NCBI GenBank assembly: GCA_965367335.1 | Contig: CBDUIU010000001.1 | Coordinates: 1-28,878 of the forward strand | DNA from: an uncultured Saprospiraceae bacterium | GTDB lineage: Bacteria; Bacteroidota; Bacteroidia; Chitinophagales; Saprospiraceae | Length of the DNA stretch: 28,878 bases | Direction: 5' to 3' | Shown: positions 25,256 to 28,878 of the stretch, piece by piece | How the letters are laid out: every line of letters begins with the position of its first letter | Numbering within the stretch: the first letter of the stretch is position 1 | Made by a program: the position numbers and the translations under genes | Notes under the pieces: model-generated | What the model saw: the letters and a program-made list of their open reading frames with translations, nothing else | What the model was told of the DNA's origin: nothing | The model's database searches: none

Positions 25256-26999
25256 ATTTTAGTTTTATCTTTTTTATGTGACTCCCTACCTTAAATACTT
25301 TCTTTTCAGTTTGCAGGATGGCTTTCTCCGATCGACAAACGATCTTGTCCATTCCTTCACAATCCGGAACTGCCATACGGATTTTACCAAATTTCATGAG
25401 TGCAAAGGAATCCTTAGCACCACCTTCAAAATGCAAACAGTCCGGACGATCCATTTCAAAGGAATAATTCACCTTACCCTTTTCATCAATTAATTCTACT
25501 TGAAAGTCTCGATAATTTACCAAATTTTTCTCTGGTACTCCATAAACTTTATCTACTGTTTTTATCTCTAAATTATTTTGTTGCAAAGTCAACTCCATTA
25601 AAACAACTGCCTCGTAGTCAAACATATTTTCTTTTTGGTCTTGCAAGCGGATGGAGCGCTGCGGGTCTTGCATTGGCGGTAATCGATCATAATAACTTTG
25701 AATAATTGACCGGCAAGTTCGCTGAAATTTACGAACCTGACGATCGCCATCATCCTGCATAATACACACTCCTTGTTCGGCTCGATAAAAACGACTCCCG
25801 TCTAGATCAATAAAAACAAAACAACTGTCTGGGCTGTATCCATTTTGTTCATTATAAGCAAGACATTCAGCCTCCGTTTGAAACATAACAGCCTGCTCCG
25901 GCATATACCATTGCTGCCCGCTATAACTAACAATTGTCGAACAACTAGGATCATCAAAATTATTCAACTGATTAAATTCCTGACAGCCAGCCAAACTCGT
26001 AAACATATTAGAGCCACCTTCCGGAGCTTCAAAACAAGCACAGCCTTCATATTCATCACTAAGGTTAAAAACAGTATGTGCCGTTTCATGGACCGCTGTA
26101 CCCAGGTTGTAAGACTCACTTGTAAACACATTGTGAGAGAGAAATCGAATATTACCTAACATATAGGCTCCATCACTATAAGGCTGCCGGTGTAATAAAC
26201 CAAACGCATCAATTCCGAAGATAAGGCTATCTTTCATAAAAGGAGGAAAGCGATCCGGATTTCCATAATCCTGAGATAAGGCATAGCCATCCGTTTCGGT
26301 TTGGGTGTAATAAAAACGCCAACGATTTTTATTTGATGAGATTACATTGTTAAGATGATATCCTTGATATATCAAGGTGTCCAGGTCTTCTAGAAATTGT
26401 TGCCAATCTCCATTATAGTCTGTATCTGGGAAGAAGCAGATATTAATCGTATGTTGGAGCGATTCCTCCGTCGCACCATAGAGCAAGATTTTATCTTGAG
26501 GCCAGGGAGAATCGCCTGCATCAAACCCTGCCATTCGCTCACTAATTTCACCGTTTTGATTGTACACCCGAAATAAATAAACAACATGGGTTTTAGCCGG
26601 AAAACCTTTGGTATACGTGTAGCTTAGTTTTTCAGTTTGTAAAGTGGCGGGAATCTCCCAGGTTTTGACTAATCCCCACTGACCGGTAGAACGCCGTCTT
26701 TTGGAAGGTAGCCCCTCATGATTTCGAAATAATTCATATTCAAATAACAATAATTCCACTTTGGTAATTCCAATTTTTTCTTCCGACATTACCTCAAAGG
26801 TAACCGCTTCCCCATTAGCCGGATGCATGGGATGATGTCGCCAGTATTTAAAATTGGCTGTATTTGAAATTTTCAGTACCTGTCCGGTGGTATCCCGATC
26901 TACTTGGGGCGGCACAACAATTACCGGTCGATTAGAGTCGGGTGTTCGACAGCTTTGCAGCGTAAAAATAAGCAGGAAAAGAAAGGCAAGTTGATTCAT
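25254..26999 (-). CDS. Lipoprotein zinc metallopeptidase, M64-like (HEXXH...DEY)
   Basis: Lipobox LQSC; AVHETAHTVFNLSDEY at 26090-26049; Cys-rich C-terminal half. Confidence 0.72.
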   Translation of the reverse strand: MNQLAFLFLLIFTLQSCRTPDSNRPVIVVPPQVDRDTTGQVLKISNTANFKYWRHHPMHPANGEAVTFEVMSEEKIGITKVELLLFEYELFRNHEGLPSKRRRSTGQWGLVKTWEIPATLQTEKLSYTYTKGFPAKTHVVYLFRVYNQNGEISERMAGFDAGDSPWPQDKILLYGATEESLQHTINICFFPDTDYNGDWQQFLEDLDTLIYQGYHLNNVISSNKNRWRFYYTQTETDGYALSQDYGNPDRFPPFMKDSLIFGIDAFGLLHRQPYSDGAYMLGNIRFLSHNVFTSESYNLGTAVHETAHTVFNLSDEYEGCACFEAPEGGSNMFTSLAGCQEFNQLNNFDDPSCSTIVSYSGQQWYMPEQAVMFQTEAECLAYNEQNGYSPDSCFVFIDLDGSRFYRAEQGVCIMQDDGDRQVRKFQRTCRSIIQSYYDRLPPMQDPQRSIRLQDQKENMFDYEAVVLMELTLQQNNLEIKTVDKVYGVPEKNLVNYRDFQVELIDEKGKVNYSFEMDRPDCLHFEGGAKDSFALMKFGKIRMAVPDCEGMDKIVCRSEKAILQTEKKVFKVGSHIKKIKLK

Positions 27000-27049
27000 G
27001 GCTCAGGGGTTGTGTACAACCATCTAACCTATTACTAAAAGAAAAAGTT

Positions 27050-27140
27050 GTAGCTAACGAAAGGTTGAAAGAAAATAGTCTTCCCTAAGACGAAAACCGT
27101 GGCCCAGATCAACCTACCGATTCCATAAGTAAGTTGCTAC
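27050..27140. other. Multi-stem inverted-repeat structure overlapping the ABC permease stop
   Basis: GTAGC(T)AAC/GTTGCTAC, AGGTTGA/TCAACCT and GTCTT/AAGAC nested stems. Confidence 0.45.
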
Positions 27141-28396
27141 TTACTCCGAATAGCGACAACCGGATCCATAGACGAAGCTTGAAACGCAGGGATCAAACCT
27201 GCCAATATACCGACACTGACGGACCAGATCAATCCACTGACCACGTTATTTGCGGATAGGTACATTTCAAAACCAATGGAAGAACTAAGCGCAGAAATCA
27301 CTATAAGTACTAAAGCTAAACCAGCTAAACCACCAATAATACATAAGATCACCGACTCGACGAGAAATTCCAATAGAATGATCGATCGCTTTGCACCTAA
27401 AGCTTTTTTTACCCCGATGATATTCGTCCGTTCTTTGACTGAGACAAACATGATATTGGCTACACTAAAAATACCTACAAGAATGGCAAAACCACCAATG
27501 ACCAGACCGATAACATTTAAGACGCTAAAAAAAGCGTCAAAAGCTTGAGAAAGAATAGATAGCTCGTTCAGCGAAAAATTATTATCCTGTCGTGGTTTTA
27601 ACCTACGATGGGCTCTCAGCACACCGGTAATTTCATCTTTCAATTGAGCCAGACTAACACCGTTAGCCGCCTTGATCATCAAATTGGAATTCTGGAAGGC
27701 TGCATCGGATTTGATGTTCGTCATTTTCCTCGCCAATTCGAAAGGCAGAAATACCACCTCATCAAAATTCATTACCCCAATTAAATCCTCACCAGCTTTT
27801 TCAATAACCCCAATTACCTCCAGTTTTCTTCCGAGTAATTTAACCATCCTCCCGATTGGCTCAATGGTGCCAAATAGTTCGAGAGCCACGGTATGGCCTA
27901 AAACAACTTTATTAGCGCCATAATGATATTCCTGTGGAGAAAAATAACGCCCTTTCTCAAAAGTCATATCAACCATTTCACCGTACTCATAAGTTACCCC
28001 AACCGTTTCTGCCTCTTCGACACTATTAGAACGATAAGTTAGTGTCCGCTGATCAATCCCAACAACTAGTGCTACGCTTTCCGCAGAGCGAAGCTTCTTC
28101 TTCATCACTTTGTAGTCGTTGTGATTTGGATTGGGTCGTTTGAGCCACTCCATAAATTCGGCTCGAGTAGCTCCCGTCCAGCCAAACTTAGACACGTAGA
28201 TCATGTCGGAGCCTAACTTTTCAAAACTACCCCGAATATTATCTTCCAGCGAATCCACAGCAGCTTGCACCCCAATGATGCAAAAAATACCAATGCAGAT
28301 ACCAAGTAAAGAGAGGAAGCTACGCAGCTTGTTTCCCCACAATTGTTGGATGGCCTGATAGATACTTTCTTTTAATACTTTTAGATAGATGGTCAT
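27137..28396 (-). CDS. ABC transporter permease, MacB/FtsX family
   Basis: NKLRSFLSLLGICIGI, large periplasmic domain, IANIMFVSVKERTNIIGVKKALGA, and C-terminal PAFQASSMDPVVAIR. Confidence 0.93.
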   Translation of the reverse strand: MTIYLKVLKESIYQAIQQLWGNKLRSFLSLLGICIGIFCIIGVQAAVDSLEDNIRGSFEKLGSDMIYVSKFGWTGATRAEFMEWLKRPNPNHNDYKVMKKKLRSAESVALVVGIDQRTLTYRSNSVEEAETVGVTYEYGEMVDMTFEKGRYFSPQEYHYGANKVVLGHTVALELFGTIEPIGRMVKLLGRKLEVIGVIEKAGEDLIGVMNFDEVVFLPFELARKMTNIKSDAAFQNSNLMIKAANGVSLAQLKDEITGVLRAHRRLKPRQDNNFSLNELSILSQAFDAFFSVLNVIGLVIGGFAILVGIFSVANIMFVSVKERTNIIGVKKALGAKRSIILLEFLVESVILCIIGGLAGLALVLIVISALSSSIGFEMYLSANNVVSGLIWSVSVGILAGLIPAFQASSMDPVVAIRSK

Positions 28397-28600
28397 AAAA
28401 TTAGAGCATTGCTGCTGATAAAAGGTACGGTAAACACAGTGGGTCGAAATATAGGCGAAAATCCGAAATAATATTGGTCAGAGGGCAAGGAATCGATGAA
28501 TCGCGGCATTTTTTCGCCAAAACAAACCCTTATATTCCAAATGCGAGGTTAGCGCATTAAATTACAACAAAATCATCTGGTAAAATGCGGGATTTATTCT

Positions 28601-28608
28601 TATCTTTG
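28601..28608 (+). promoter_or_regulatory. -7 element for queA
   Basis: TATCTTTG 33 nt upstream of the ATG. Confidence 0.55.
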
Positions 28609-28640
28609 CCCGTCTTTTAAAAAACCTGAATTTTACTTAT

Positions 28641-28878
28641 ATGAGGACGAAGCTATCGCAATTCAACTTTAATCTCCCGGAAGAACTAATTGCCAAGTAT
28701 CCAACCGATTCCAGAGATGAATCGCGCTTAATGGTCGTTCACAAGGACACTGGTAAGATCGAACATAAGGTGTTTAAGGATATGCTTGATTATTTTGAAG
28801 AAGACGACTGTCTGATCTTTAATAATACTAAGGTATTTCCTGCTCGTTTATTTGGGCGTAAAGAAAAGACGGGTGCCA
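28641..28878 (+). CDS. queA: S-adenosylmethionine:tRNA ribosyltransferase-isomerase, 5' part (truncated by the window)
   Basis: Hand-translated [78 protein letters not shown]; LPEELIA.YP, SRL and [10 protein letters not shown] are QueA motifs. Confidence 0.93.
   Translation, partial: MRTKLSQFNFNLPEELIAKYPTDSRDESRLMVVHKDTGKIEHKVFKDMLDYFEEDDCLIFNNTKVFPARLFGRKEKTGA

Noticed and set aside
27050-27140. c-di-GMP-I riboswitch (GACGAAAACCGTGGCCCAGA resembles part of the consensus)
   Set aside because: The resemblance is on the plus strand with no downstream sense gene, and there is no GNRA tetraloop/receptor or GG-CAAA segment.
28397-28640. preQ1 riboswitch upstream of queA
   Set aside because: No preQ1 stem-loop with the downstream A-rich tail is recognisable, and the promoter leaves only about 30 nt of leader.
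1-28878. CRISPR array, tRNA/rRNA, transposase/integrase, prophage or defence island
   Set aside because: No regularly spaced direct repeats, cloverleaf or rRNA signatures, or DDE/tyrosine-recombinase or phage ORFs were seen; the content is mostly housekeeping.

Overview
This is a chromosomal, largely housekeeping window from a Bacteroidota genome (TAnnTTTG promoters, Bacteroidota-type arg genes; a Saprospirales-like lineage is only a guess). It contains the following. (1) An arginine biosynthesis operon on the minus strand: GNAT argA-like, argG, argC, argD, argF'-type transcarbamylase and argB, continuing off the left edge. It is preceded not by argR but by an unannotated 27-codon ORF with 6 Arg codons in its last 10, directly behind a consensus promoter, which looks like an arginine-sensing leader peptide/attenuator. 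(2) An MFS transporter, a standalone hypothetical protein, and a short alpha-glucan phosphorylase homologue in which the PLP-binding Lys is Thr. (3) A nitrogen-assimilation cluster on the minus strand: P-II, Amt, an outer-membrane beta-barrel and a type II glutamine synthetase with an in-frame TAA at codon 25. A divergent 515-aa helical/TPR-like protein of unknown function sits beside it. (4) A CHAP protein, a lipoprotein, a candidate 25-aa membrane peptide, Mn-SOD, fumC, a 181-bp inverted-repeat element, a NUDIX hydrolase, a YARHG lipoprotein, an AraC regulator, a tandem T9SS-CTD-like protein, an HEXXH metallopeptidase lipoprotein, an ABC permease and the 5' end of queA. No CRISPR array, rRNA, tRNA, transposase or integrase was seen. 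All family assignments come from motif recognition by eye; no database search was run.
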